Shown here piece by piece: positions 8,137 through 18,250 of a DNA stretch of 64,000 nt (its first letter is position 1; each line of letters starts with the position of its first letter). The stretch lies in NCBI GenBank assembly GCA_934101495.1, contig CAKORG010000002.1, forward strand, positions 510-64,509, read 5' to 3'. The translations under genes were made by a program, and so were the position numbers. Under the pieces are notes generated by a model. It was not told the origin of the DNA and made no database searches. It worked only from the letters and a program-made list of their open reading frames with translations. The stretch is from an uncultured Bacilli bacterium (lineage in GTDB: Bacteria > Bacillota_I > Bacilli_A > RF39 > UBA660).

Positions 8137-9744
8137 ATGAATTACAAAGTTTTATATCGTAAATATCGACCAGATGGTTTTGATAATTTAGTTGGTCAAA
8201 AACATGTTGTGGATATTCTTAAAAACTCAATAAAAGAAAAAAGAATAGCACATGCTTACCTTTTTTCAGGACCTAGGGGAACTGGTAAAACATCAACAGC
8301 AAGAATACTTGCTAAATCAGTTAATTGTTTAAATAATAAAGATGGTGTTGCTTGCGGAGAATGTGAAAGCTGTTTATCCTTTAACGGAAATCCTGATATT
8401 ATAGAAATAGATGCAGCATCTAATAATGGTGTTGAAGAAATACGTGAACTTATTAATAATGTTAAGATTATGCCTACGAGTTTAAAATACAAGGTTTATA
8501 TAATAGATGAAGTTCATATGCTAAGTCAAAGTGCTTTTAATGCGTTACTTCTTACTTTGGAAGAACCACCTGAACATGTTTTGTTTATTTTGGCAACAAC
8601 AAACTTAGAAAGTGTGCCAATTACAATTGTATCAAGATGTCAAAGATTTGAATTTCATAGAATTACCGAAAATGATATAATTGATAGACTTAAATTTGTA
8701 TGTGATGAAGAAAAAATTGCTTATGAAGATGATGGACTTAAAGAAATTGCTACTTTAGCTGATGGGGGACTTCGTGATGCCCTTAGTATATTAGATCAAC
8801 TTTCTAAAAATGATGAAGTTATTACAAGTAAGCTAGTTTCTGAAGAAATAGGGAGTATTTCAAATAAAAAAATAGATGATTTAATTAAATATTTAGATAA
8901 AAATGATATTCAAGGTGTTGAAGAAATATTTAATCATCTTCAAAGCGTTAATTTAAATTATAAAGTATTTGTTAAAAAGTTAGTTTATGCTTTAAGTGAT
9001 GTTGGAGTTAAACTACTTAATAGTCCAGATGGATGGAGACTCGGCTTTGATGATTGTAAAAATTTAATCCTTGAACTTAATAATATACTTATGAAAATTA
9101 ATATAAGTGTTAATCCATATCTTATAATAAAAATGTTAGTTTTAAGTTATATGGATGGTGCAAAAAAAGATGTTCAAATTGATAAAAATTTTGAAAAAAT
9201 AAATGATGTTCAATCAAGGGATGAACAGGAAAAAACTGTAGTAGAAAGTAAAAAAATAATTCCAAAAATTGAAAGTACAAAAATACAAGAAAACGAAAAT
9301 AAAAATGTAGATATAAGAATTAATAATTGTTTTGCAGAAGCTACCAGAAACGATTTACTTAATTTAAAAGAAAAATGGAATAATTTTGTAGGTAGTACTG
9401 ATGATGCTTCTTTCAAAGGACTTCTTAGTGATACAAGTGTTGTGGCAGCATCACAAAGTTATGCAATTATTCAAGTTACAATACCTCATAAAGATAAAGA
9501 ATTAATGGCAAAATTAGAAACTATAGAAAAAAGGTTTAATGATTTTGCAAATGTTAATTATAAATTAATATTTTTAGAAGATACAAAATGGAATTATGAA
9601 AAAAATGAATACGTGAAAAAACTTAAGAGTGGGTATAAATATGCTATTCTTGAGGAAAAAGTAGAAAAAAAAGATAAGCAAAATGACATGGATGTGTCGG
9701 ATGTATCTGACATATTTGATATAAATAAAATAGAAGTTGAATAA
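8137..9744 (+). CDS. dnaX: DNA polymerase III subunit gamma/tau
   Basis: YRKYRP..F..LVGQ, GPRGTGKTS, zinc module CGECESC, IIDEVHMLS, SRCQRFEF. Confidence 0.95.
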   Translation: MNYKVLYRKYRPDGFDNLVGQKHVVDILKNSIKEKRIAHAYLFSGPRGTGKTSTARILAKSVNCLNNKDGVACGECESCLSFNGNPDIIEIDAASNNGVEEIRELINNVKIMPTSLKYKVYIIDEVHMLSQSAFNALLLTLEEPPEHVLFILATTNLESVPITIVSRCQRFEFHRITENDIIDRLKFVCDEEKIAYEDDGLKEIATLADGGLRDALSILDQLSKNDEVITSKLVSEEIGSISNKKIDDLIKYLDKNDIQGVEEIFNHLQSVNLNYKVFVKKLVYALSDVGVKLLNSPDGWRLGFDDCKNLILELNNILMKINISVNPYLIIKMLVLSYMDGAKKDVQIDKNFEKINDVQSRDEQEKTVVESKKIIPKIESTKIQENENKNVDIRINNCFAEATRNDLLNLKEKWNNFVGSTDDASFKGLLSDTSVVAASQSYAIIQVTIPHKDKELMAKLETIEKRFNDFANVNYKLIFLEDTKWNYEKNEYVKKLKSGYKYAILEEKVEKKDKQNDMDVSDVSDIFDINKIEVE

Positions 9745-9761
9745 GAAAGGAAGATTAATTT

Positions 9762-10058
9762 ATGAATATGCAACAAATTATGCAACAAGCACAAAGAATG
9801 CAAAGGGATATTACAAAGAAAAAAGAAGAAATTGATGCTATGGAATTTACTGGCAAATCTGAATGGGTTGAAATAGTTTTTAATGGTAAAAAAGAAATTA
9901 AATCGTTTAAATTATTAAATGAAGGAACTATTGATGCTGATGATAAAGAAATGCTTGAGGATATGATTATGATAGCAATTAGGGATGCATTTACAAAAAT
10001 TGATAAAGAAACTGAAAATAAACTTGGAAGTTATGCATCTATGAGTGGACTTTTCTAA
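9762..10058 (+). CDS. ybaB: YbaB/EbfC nucleoid-associated protein
   Basis: MNMQQIMQQAQRMQ... N-terminus, about 98 aa, in the conserved dnaX-ybaB-recR position. Confidence 0.9.
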   Translation: MNMQQIMQQAQRMQRDITKKKEEIDAMEFTGKSEWVEIVFNGKKEIKSFKLLNEGTIDADDKEMLEDMIMIAIRDAFTKIDKETENKLGSYASMSGLF

Positions 10059-10059
10059 A

Positions 10060-10659
10060 ATGATATATCCAGAGTCACTAGAAAAATTAATTAATTATTA
10101 TAAGAAATTACCAGGTATCGGGGAAAAGAATGCTGAAAGACTCGCTCTTTCAACTTTGAATTTCAAAGAAGAAGATTTAGATAAATTTTCAGATGCAATT
10201 AAAAGTGTAAAAAAAATACATAAGTGTAGTATTTGTGGACATTTAACTGAAGGAGATATTTGCAATATTTGTGCAGATCCTTCACGTGATAAGAATTTAA
10301 TATGTGTTATTGAAGACTATAAAAGTGTATTTTCATTTGAAAAAGCTGGTAATTTCCGTGGTGTTTATCATGTTTTAAATGGTCTTATTAGTCCCGCAGA
10401 TAATATTGGTCCTGATAATATTAATTTATCTAGTTTAGTTAAAAGAGTTGAAGCATCAAAGAAACCTGAACTGATACTAGCATTAAAATCAACAGTTGAA
10501 GGTGAAACAACAACACTTTATATAAAGAAAATATTTGAAAAGAAAAATGTGCTTATATCTAGACTTTCTTATGGAATACCTATGGGTGCAGAAATAGATT
10601 ATTTAGATATAATTACTTTAGATAAAGCTCTTGAAGATAGAAAAAAAATAAGTGATTAA
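10060..10659 (+). CDS. recR: recombination protein RecR
   Basis: KLPGIGEKNAERLA helix-hairpin-helix, C4 zinc finger CSICGHLTEGDICNIC, Toprim VIEDYKSVFSFE. ATG 10060 preferred over the in-frame GTG at 10045. Confidence 0.93.
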   Translation: MIYPESLEKLINYYKKLPGIGEKNAERLALSTLNFKEEDLDKFSDAIKSVKKIHKCSICGHLTEGDICNICADPSRDKNLICVIEDYKSVFSFEKAGNFRGVYHVLNGLISPADNIGPDNINLSSLVKRVEASKKPELILALKSTVEGETTTLYIKKIFEKKNVLISRLSYGIPMGAEIDYLDIITLDKALEDRKKISD

Positions 10660-10696
10660 AAAATAAATTTTTCATATAGTTTTAGTGGAGATACTT

Positions 10697-10885
10697 ATGA
10701 AAAAAGTTATATTTGTTGTAGTAAAAAAAATAGTACTTGCAATATGCTTAGTATATGCCTTTAATTTACTAGCATCTGGTTTAAAAGTCTTTATTCCAAT
10801 TAATGTTGTAACAGTAAGTGTTGTTGCATCACTTGGGATGAGTGGACTTTTGGCTTTGGTAGCAATATATTTTGTTTTACTCTAG
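10697..10885 (+). CDS. small two-TM membrane protein, BofA-like (pro-sigma-K processing inhibitor family)
   Basis: 62 aa with two hydrophobic helices. IPINVVTVSVVASLGMSGLLALVAI resembles the BofA C-terminal motif. Sits in the recR-...-bofA syntenic slot. GGAG lies 6 nt before the ATG. Confidence 0.5.
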   Translation: MKKVIFVVVKKIVLAICLVYAFNLLASGLKVFIPINVVTVSVVASLGMSGLLALVAIYFVLL

Positions 10886-10894
10886 GAGGCAGAA

Positions 10895-11764
10895 GTGGAA
10901 GCAAAAGCATTAGAAAAATTAGTAAAATATTACCATGAGAATAAAATATCTCATGCTTATTTGCTTGAAACAAATAATTTAGAAAAATGCTTTTTGGAAC
11001 TTAAAACAGTGATAAAACAAATATTTTGTCAAAATGAATACAGTGAAAAGTGTTCTAAATGTAATTTATGTAATTTGGTAGAACAAAATTATTTACCATC
11101 ACTTGTAATTATTGAACCAGATGGAGTGAATATTAAAAAAGAACAGGTACTTGAGCTAAAGAAACAATTTAGTATGGTACCAATTTATACTAAAGATAAT
11201 ATTTACGTTATAAAGAATGCTGAAAAGTTAAATGGAGCTTCTGCGAATACAATGCTTAAGTTTTTGGAAGAACCTGAACCAAATATTATAGGTTTTTTTA
11301 TAACTGATAATGCAAATAATGTTATATCTACGATTAAAAGTAGATGTGAAACTGTAAAAGTTTATTATGATAATCATGAACTGGACATAAATTCAATCAA
11401 TAATGATACTTATAAGGATTATACGGATGTAGCAATTAATTATTTATATAAATTAGAAGTAGAAAAAAAAGATGTAATAATGTATAATAAAGATGTAATT
11501 TTGTGTAAGTTTAAAGAAAGAGAAGAAATTAAAACTATTTTTAAGATAATTCTTATTATTTATGAAGAATTATTAAATAAAGCATTGGGACTTGAAAATA
11601 AGTTTAATTTTGATAATTTGAATAGCTTATGTGAATTAGATTATAAAGATATATTAAAAAGAATAAATTTAACTATTAAATTTGTTGATGATATAGATAG
11701 CAATGTTAATATTGAATTATTACTTGATAAATTTGTTATAGAATTAGGTGATTATAGTGAGTAA
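10895..11764 (+). CDS. holB: DNA polymerase III subunit delta'
   Basis: ISHAYLLE..., NTMLKFLEEPEPN, TIKSRCE. GTG start. Confidence 0.85.
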   Translation: MEAKALEKLVKYYHENKISHAYLLETNNLEKCFLELKTVIKQIFCQNEYSEKCSKCNLCNLVEQNYLPSLVIIEPDGVNIKKEQVLELKKQFSMVPIYTKDNIYVIKNAEKLNGASANTMLKFLEEPEPNIIGFFITDNANNVISTIKSRCETVKVYYDNHELDINSINNDTYKDYTDVAINYLYKLEVEKKDVIMYNKDVILCKFKEREEIKTIFKIILIIYEELLNKALGLENKFNFDNLNSLCELDYKDILKRINLTIKFVDDIDSNVNIELLLDKFVIELGDYSE

Positions 11765-12530
11765 AGTTTATGGTGTAGTATTTAATGGATTAAATAAAAA
11801 ATATTATTATGAAAGTGATGAAGATTTGGCGTTAGATACACTTGTAATTGTTAATACTGACAGAGGTCTTCAACTTGTTAAAGTTGCTGAAGTTTTAGAT
11901 AAAAATCTTGAAGAAGATTTAGATAAAATAGAAAGAGTTGCAACTGATGAAGAATATGATGATTATTTAAATAATTTGAAAGATGCAGATCGGGCTTTGA
12001 AGAAATGTATTGAGTTTGCTCGTGAACTTGAACTTGATATGAATGTTGTTAATGCACAATTTAATTTAGATAGGAGTCAGCTTTTATTTAATTTTACAGC
12101 TGATGCTAGAGTAGATTTTCGAGAACTTGCTAAAAGACTTGCTTCAATTTATCACACTAGAATTGAATTAAGACAAATAGGAGCACGTGATAAGGCTAAA
12201 GAAATTGGTGGTATAGGTGTTTGTGGTGGAGAATTATGTTGTCTTAGATTTTTAAAAAAAATTGATACCATAAGCATGAATATGGCAAAAGATCAAAATT
12301 TAGCATTAAATCCATCAAAGATAAATGGAGCATGTGGAAGACTTTTGTGTTGTCTTGCATACGAAGATGAAATTTATATTGAAGCCGCTAAGAAATTACC
12401 TAATGTTGGTGAAACAATTAAAACTAAAAATGGTGAAGCATTGGTTGTTAGTGTTGATATTATAAATCATCGTGGAAAGATTATGCTTAATGGAGAAAAA
12501 GTAGATTATGATTTCGAAAGTGAAGAATGA
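11748..12530 (+). CDS. ricT: PSP1-domain protein YaaT/RicT (stage 0 sporulation/RNA maturation)
   Basis: VYGVVFNGLNKKYYYESD, and Cys-rich GVCGGELCCLRF...GACGRLLCCLAYE typical of PSP1/YaaT. Alternative GTG start at 11757. Confidence 0.88.
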   Translation: MIIVSKVYGVVFNGLNKKYYYESDEDLALDTLVIVNTDRGLQLVKVAEVLDKNLEEDLDKIERVATDEEYDDYLNNLKDADRALKKCIEFARELELDMNVVNAQFNLDRSQLLFNFTADARVDFRELAKRLASIYHTRIELRQIGARDKAKEIGGIGVCGGELCCLRFLKKIDTISMNMAKDQNLALNPSKINGACGRLLCCLAYEDEIYIEAAKKLPNVGETIKTKNGEALVVSVDIINHRGKIMLNGEKVDYDFESEE

Positions 12531-13230
12531 TTTATTTGATTATCCAAATAGATATATTATGCAAATCAAAGATGGGTTTAAGTTTTCCTTGGACTCACTT
12601 TTACTCGCGGAATTTGCTAAATTACGTCAAAGTGATAAACTGATTTTAGATATGTGTACTGGTAATGCTCCGGTTCCTTTGGTGTTGAGTTTGAAAACTG
12701 ATGCTAAAATTATAGGTTTTGAATTACAAAAGGATATTGCAGAACTTGCCTGGGAGTCTATATCTATAAATGGACTTGATAAACAAATAAAAGTTATTAA
12801 TGATGATGTTAAAAATATTGGTGAATTTTTCAAAACCAATACATTTGATGTAATAACATGTAATCCACCTTATTTTAAAATAAATGATGATGGATGTAAA
12901 AATAAAAATGATTACTTAACACTTGCAAGACATGAAATTGCTATAGATTTAGAAACTATTTTTAAGCTTGTTAATAGATTTTTAAAAGATAATGGTGTGT
13001 TTTACATGGTACATAGAGCTGAAAGACTTGATGAAATTATAATTTTGGCAAATAAATATAAGTTAAATGCTAAAGAAATTCAGTTTATTTCCACTAAAAA
13101 GAATAATAATCCAAGTACTATTTTAGTTAAATGTGTAAAAAACAGTAAGCTTGGTGTTAAAATAAGAAAAGAAATTTGTGTTGATAACCTAACTACTTAT
13201 CAACATTTATTTGAAGGGAGTAGAAAATAA
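12508..13230 (+). CDS. SAM-dependent methyltransferase, YabB/TrmN6-like (tRNA m6A37)
   Basis: DMCTGNAPVPL SAM pocket and the ITCNPPYF (NPPY) catalytic motif, in the syntenic yabB position. Confidence 0.8.
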   Translation: MISKVKNDLFDYPNRYIMQIKDGFKFSLDSLLLAEFAKLRQSDKLILDMCTGNAPVPLVLSLKTDAKIIGFELQKDIAELAWESISINGLDKQIKVINDDVKNIGEFFKTNTFDVITCNPPYFKINDDGCKNKNDYLTLARHEIAIDLETIFKLVNRFLKDNGVFYMVHRAERLDEIIILANKYKLNAKEIQFISTKKNNNPSTILVKCVKNSKLGVKIRKEICVDNLTTYQHLFEGSRK

Positions 13231-13781
13231 TGATACTTATTGTGGGTCTTGGAAATCCAGGGAAAGAATATGAAAATACTAGACATAATGTAGGTTTTAT
13301 GATTTTAGATGATTATTTAGGTAATGTTAAATGGTCAAATAAATTTAATGCCCTATATTATGAAATTGTTATTGGAACTGAAAAAGTAATCTTTGTAAAA
13401 CCTTTAACTTATATGAATAATTCTGGTAATGCTGTTGGTGAGTTTGTTAGATATTATAATATTGATATGAAAGATATTTTGATTATTCAAGACGATTTAG
13501 ATGAAGAAATTGGTTTATATAAATTAAAGATAAATTCATCTAGTGGTGGTCACAATGGTATTAAATCAATTATTAGTTCTCTTGGAACTCAAAGTTTTCC
13601 TAGATTAAAGGTAGGAATTGGAAGTGTTAAAAAAGATGCGGTTATAGATTATGTACTTGGAAAATTTAGTAAGAAAGAAATGGAAATATTAAATAATGAA
13701 TTTAGTATTTTTAGAAAAATAATTGAATCATTTGTAGATGTAGGAATAGATAAAACAATGAATGTTTATAATACTAAATAA
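13230..13781 (+). CDS. pth: peptidyl-tRNA hydrolase
   Basis: LIVGLGNPGKEYENTRHNVGF, GGHNGIKS. Confidence 0.95.
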   Translation: MILIVGLGNPGKEYENTRHNVGFMILDDYLGNVKWSNKFNALYYEIVIGTEKVIFVKPLTYMNNSGNAVGEFVRYYNIDMKDILIIQDDLDEEIGLYKLKINSSSGGHNGIKSIISSLGTQSFPRLKVGIGSVKKDAVIDYVLGKFSKKEMEILNNEFSIFRKIIESFVDVGIDKTMNVYNTK

Positions 13782-13790
13782 AGAGGAAAT

Positions 13791-16700
13791 ATGAAGTTTT
13801 TGGATGAATATTTTAAATATGAAATTGGAACGGAAATATCTGGTTTAACTAATGAGTTAAACGTTTTTTACGTTGATAAATTAAGTGAAAAGTATAATAG
13901 AAATATAATTGTTCTTACAAGTTCTTTATTTGAAGCTAATAAAATTTATGATAATTTAGTTAAAATACATGATAATACTTTACTCTTTCCAATGGATGAT
14001 TTTTTGTCATCAATGTTAGTGGCAAGTAGTCCTGAACTTAAGTATAAAAGACTTGAAACTTTAGATAAATTAAAAAGTGGCAATAAATATATTGTAGTTA
14101 CAAACTTAATGGGATATTTAAAATATTTACCTAGTGCTAGTATTAAAAATTATATTGATATTAAGAAAAATGATATTATTAAACGTGATGATTTAGTTAA
14201 AGAAATAGATGCCTTAGGTTATCATCGTGAGTCTTTAGTTACAATGTCCGGTGAATATGCTGTTCGTGGATTTATTTTAGACTTATATCCGATTGACTAT
14301 GTTCATCCGGTTAGAATTGAATTTGATGGTAATGTAATCGATAATATTAAATACTTTGATGAAAATACGCAGATGTCGAATGATGATATTCATGATATTA
14401 AAATTAAAGCTATTGATGAAATGGTATCAAGTGATAAAAATTCTTTATTTGATTATGCTAATAATCCATTGGTAGTTTATGTAGATAAATCTCAGATTGA
14501 AGCCTCATATTCTAAGTTATTTGATGATATATCTGAATATAAAGAGGCAAATGAAATTAATGAAGATTTGATGTATTCCTTAGATGATATTCATGATAAT
14601 GATAGAATATATGTAAATTTGTTTTCAAGTGGAAGTTTAAATTTAAAAGCTCAAAGTATTATAAATTACAAGGAAAATTTTGAAAAATTAGCTGCTGATT
14701 ATGATGCTTGGATTGCGAGTGGAAAAATAGTATATTTTTATTTAAGTAAATTGGAAGAAAAGAAAAAGCTACTTAAGATTATACCTAGTGCTCATGTAGT
14801 AATGAAAGAATTATCTCATGGTTTTATACTGGATAAATATGTAGTTATTTCTGAAAATGATATTGAAGATGTAAAATCAAGTAATGGAGTTTATAAAAAT
14901 AATTTCCATGTTGGTAAAAGAATAAAGGATTTTAATCAACTTGAAAAAGGAGATTATGTTGTACATATTTCTCATGGTATTGGTGTTTATCAAGGAATTA
15001 CCACGCTTTCTGTTCGCGGTGTTGAAAAAGATTTTTTAACAATATTTTATGAGGGCTCAGATAAGATTTATGTTCCGGTTGAAAAAATTAATTTAATTTA
15101 TAAATATACTGGTAAGGATGGAATAAAACCAAAGCTTAATAAACTTGGAAGTACAAATTGGGAAAAGACAAAAAAATATATTTCTGAAAAAGTAAAAGAT
15201 ATTTCTAGAGAACTTATTATTCTTTATAAAAAAAGATTAGAACTTAAAAAGAAACCATATAAAGATTATCCTGAAGAAGATGTGTTTGCTAGTGAATTTA
15301 AGTATGTCTTGACGGTAGACCAAGCTAAAGCAGTGTTAGAAATTAATAATGACTTAAAAAAGGATAATCCAATGGATAGATTATTATGTGGAGATGTAGG
15401 TTTTGGTAAAACCGAAGTTGCAATGAGAGCAATGTTTAAGGCAGTTTTAAATAATGAACAAGTACTTTATTTGTGTCCCACTACAATACTTTCAAAACAA
15501 CAATATAATGTAGCAAAAGAAAGGTTTAAAAATTGGCCTGTAGAAATAGCGCTTTTAAATCGACATGTAAGTGTTCGAGAAACTCATAGAATACTTGAAG
15601 ATTTAAAAAAAGGGAAAATAGATATATTATTTGGTACTCATAGAATACTTAGTGATGATATCGTTTGTAAGAATTTAGGGATGCTTGTGGTTGATGAAGA
15701 GCAAAGATTTGGTGTTACTCACAAAGAAAAAATTAAAACTATGAAAAGTGATGTTAATGTTTTAACTTTAAGTGCAACTCCGATACCTAGAACTTTAAAG
15801 ATGGCGATGTCTGGTCTTAGAGATTTATCAGTTATTGATACACCACCAGTTAATAGATATCCAGTTCAGACTTATGTAGCAGTTGAAGATGATTTTCTAA
15901 TTAAAGATGCTATTTATAAGGAACTAGCTAGAAAAGGACAAATATTTATTCTTTATAATAGAGTGGAAACTATTGAAAAATATATGAACCATATTCATGA
16001 GTTAGTGCCTGATGCTAAAATAAATTTTGCCCATGGTAAAATGGAAAAAGATGAACTTGATAATATAATGACATCTTTTATAAATAATGAGTTTGATATT
16101 TTAATTTGTACAACAATAATTGAAAGTGGAATTGATATACCAAATGTAAATACATTAATTATTCATGATGCTGATAATTTTGGTTTAAGTCAACTATATC
16201 AAATACGTGGTCGTGTTGGTCGTAGTGATAAAGTTGCTTATGCTTATTTAATGTATGAAAAAAATAAAATGCTTAATGATATTGCTATTAAAAGACTTAA
16301 TACAATTAAGGAATTTACGGAACTTGGTAGTGGATATAGAATAGCAATGAGGGATTTAAGTTTGAGAGGTGCAGGTGATGTATTTGGAGCTTCTCAGGCA
16401 GGTTTTGTTGATAGTGTTGGAATTTCACTTTATATGAAAATGGTTGAAGATGAAATTAAACGTCAACGTGGAGAAACTGTGGAAGAGGAAGATACTGATA
16501 CTCAAACTTTAATTAATGTAAATACTCATATTAGTGATACTTATGTTACTGATGAAGATATTAAAATTGAAATACATCAAAAGATTAATGAAATTGACTC
16601 TTACGAAAAGATGTTAAAAATTAAAAATGAGTTAGAAGATAGATTTGGTAAAGTTACTCCAGATATGCTTGTTTATATGTACGAGGAATGGTTTGAAAAA

Positions 16701-16940
16701 CTTGCTAAAAAATATAACATTAAACAAGTTGTTCAAACAGATAGAAGTATTGAAATTACATTACCTGAAGAAATATCAAGTAATATTAAAGGTGATAAGC
16801 TTTTAATCGAGGCTATGAACTTATCAAGAAGTTTTAATATAAAATATGTTAATAAGAAAATTAGTATTTTACTTTATACAAAAGATTTACCTAAACATTT
16901 TATATTTTATATAGTAACTTTACTTGAAAAAATACTTTAA
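13791..16940 (+). CDS. mfd: transcription-repair coupling factor Mfd
   Basis: 1049 aa. CarD-like GDYVVHISHGIG, helicase motifs GDVGFGKTEVA, DEEQRFGV, QLYQIRGRVGRS, and a TRCF C-terminal domain. Confidence 0.97.
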   Translation: MKFLDEYFKYEIGTEISGLTNELNVFYVDKLSEKYNRNIIVLTSSLFEANKIYDNLVKIHDNTLLFPMDDFLSSMLVASSPELKYKRLETLDKLKSGNKYIVVTNLMGYLKYLPSASIKNYIDIKKNDIIKRDDLVKEIDALGYHRESLVTMSGEYAVRGFILDLYPIDYVHPVRIEFDGNVIDNIKYFDENTQMSNDDIHDIKIKAIDEMVSSDKNSLFDYANNPLVVYVDKSQIEASYSKLFDDISEYKEANEINEDLMYSLDDIHDNDRIYVNLFSSGSLNLKAQSIINYKENFEKLAADYDAWIASGKIVYFYLSKLEEKKKLLKIIPSAHVVMKELSHGFILDKYVVISENDIEDVKSSNGVYKNNFHVGKRIKDFNQLEKGDYVVHISHGIGVYQGITTLSVRGVEKDFLTIFYEGSDKIYVPVEKINLIYKYTGKDGIKPKLNKLGSTNWEKTKKYISEKVKDISRELIILYKKRLELKKKPYKDYPEEDVFASEFKYVLTVDQAKAVLEINNDLKKDNPMDRLLCGDVGFGKTEVAMRAMFKAVLNNEQVLYLCPTTILSKQQYNVAKERFKNWPVEIALLNRHVSVRETHRILEDLKKGKIDILFGTHRILSDDIVCKNLGMLVVDEEQRFGVTHKEKIKTMKSDVNVLTLSATPIPRTLKMAMSGLRDLSVIDTPPVNRYPVQTYVAVEDDFLIKDAIYKELARKGQIFILYNRVETIEKYMNHIHELVPDAKINFAHGKMEKDELDNIMTSFINNEFDILICTTIIESGIDIPNVNTLIIHDADNFGLSQLYQIRGRVGRSDKVAYAYLMYEKNKMLNDIAIKRLNTIKEFTELGSGYRIAMRDLSLRGAGDVFGASQAGFVDSVGISLYMKMVEDEIKRQRGETVEEEDTDTQTLINVNTHISDTYVTDEDIKIEIHQKINEIDSYEKMLKIKNELEDRFGKVTPDMLVYMYEEWFEKLAKKYNIKQVVQTDRSIEITLPEEISSNIKGDKLLIEAMNLSRSFNIKYVNKKISILLYTKDLPKHFIFYIVTLLEKIL

Positions 16941-16993
16941 TACATAAAAAAAATAATTTGTTCCACAATAAGTAATGAAGTGGAGTGAATTTT

Positions 16994-17506
16994 TTGAAAC
17001 AAACTGGTGTAACAAGAAAAATAGATGAACTTGGAAGAATAGTTATTCCAAAAGAAATTAGAAAAAACTTAGGTATTAGGGATGGTGAGGCTTTAGAAAT
17101 ATTTACTAGTGAAGATAGTATAATATTAAAAAAATATTTTGAAGTTAGAAAGTATGAAGATTTAAGTAGTAAATTATGTGAACTAATTAAGAATATTTAT
17201 AATGTTGATTTAGTAATTACGGATAGAGAAAAGGTTATTACTTCTTCGAATAAGGATATTGTGGAAAACATTAAACTTAATAACAAATTTTTAGAGCTTA
17301 TTGATAATAGAGAAATGTTTATAAGTAAAGAGTTATTAACAATAAATTTAGGTATTGATATAAGTGGATATTTTACAGTTATACCTATTATTGTATCAAG
17401 TGACTCATTGGGGCTTGTTATAATTATAAGTGATAATGCTAATGATTATAATTCTTTGGGAAAATTACTTGCAAAAATTATTGCTGATAAAATTGATATA
17501 TTTTAA
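16994..17506 (+). CDS. spoVT: stage V sporulation protein T (AbrB-family regulator with GAF-like C-domain)
   Basis: KQTGVTRKIDELGRIVIPKEIRKNLGIRDGEALEIF is a SpoVT/AbrB swapped-hairpin N-domain. About 170 aa, located after mfd as in B. subtilis. TTG 16994 preferred over GTG 16985. Confidence 0.85.
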   Translation: MKQTGVTRKIDELGRIVIPKEIRKNLGIRDGEALEIFTSEDSIILKKYFEVRKYEDLSSKLCELIKNIYNVDLVITDREKVITSSNKDIVENIKLNNKFLELIDNREMFISKELLTINLGIDISGYFTVIPIIVSSDSLGLVIIISDNANDYNSLGKLLAKIIADKIDIF

Positions 17507-17544
17507 CTTGAATTAAACTAAGATTTATGATAAACTAGTTTTAA

Positions 17545-17745
17545 TTAACGAAGAAGGAAAGAGTAGATATCATTCATTTCATAGAGATTTCTTGGTTGGT
17601 GAAAAAGAAAAAATGAAGATATTCGAACATGGCTCTGGAGTTAAAATCGGGTAATTACGTTATAGATTTTAAGTTGCATGATAAATCATGAATTAAGGTG
17701 GTACCGCGGGTTATACTCGTCCTTAGTTTGTGATTTTTTTTTGGA
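17545..17745 (+). promoter_or_regulatory. T-box leader (tRNA-Met specifier) upstream of dut-metG
   Basis: Stem I elements: GAAGGAAAGAGTA, AGAGA at 17583-17587, distal GGTGAAA. Candidate specifier AUG at 17613-17615 is followed by A. T-box AATTAAGGTGGTACCGCG at 17691-17708, then a U-run at about 17733-17741 before the RBS. Confidence 0.85.
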
Positions 17746-17752
17746 GGTAAAT

Positions 17753-18250
17753 ATGAGAAAGTTTGAAAAAATAAGTTATCCTGAATTTGTTAAAGTTTTT
17801 GGTAATAATAAAACTTTATATGATGATTATATGCTCCCTTTAAGAGGGACAAAATGTAGTGCAGGTTATGATTTTTTTGCCATAAAAGATTATGTTATTA
17901 AACCAAATGAGATTGTAAAGATACCAACTGGTTATAAAGCTACATTTGAAAGTGATGAAATGCTTATGATCGTGGTAAGAAGTAGCATGGGTTTTAAATA
18001 TAATGTTAGACTTACTAATCAGGTGGGAATTATAGAAAGTGATTATTATAATAATCCAGATAATGAAGGTCATATGTGGGTATGCTTACAAAATCATAGT
18101 GATAAAGAATATATAATAAATAAAGGAGATGCTTATGCCCAAGGGATTTTTGTTAAATTTTTAATAACTGATGATGATAAAGCTGATGCAGTTAGAACTG
18201 GTGGCATAGGTAGTACAAATAAAAAGAAAGAAGGAAATAAAAATGAATAA
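17753..18250 (+). CDS. dut: dUTP diphosphatase (trimeric dUTPase family)
   Basis: GTKCSAGYDFFA, VRSSMGFK, GIIESDYY, C-terminal GGIGSTN. GGAGG precedes ATG 17753. The track start at 17678 overlaps the T-box. Confidence 0.85.
   Translation: MRKFEKISYPEFVKVFGNNKTLYDDYMLPLRGTKCSAGYDFFAIKDYVIKPNEIVKIPTGYKATFESDEMLMIVVRSSMGFKYNVRLTNQVGIIESDYYNNPDNEGHMWVCLQNHSDKEYIINKGDAYAQGIFVKFLITDDDKADAVRTGGIGSTNKKKEGNKNE

Noticed and set aside
17678-17752. N-terminal extension of the dUTPase ORF (MINHELRWYRGLYSS...).
   Set aside because: The extension is the translation of the T-box and terminator sequence (AAGGTGGTACCGCG). The real start is ATG 17753, after GGAGG.
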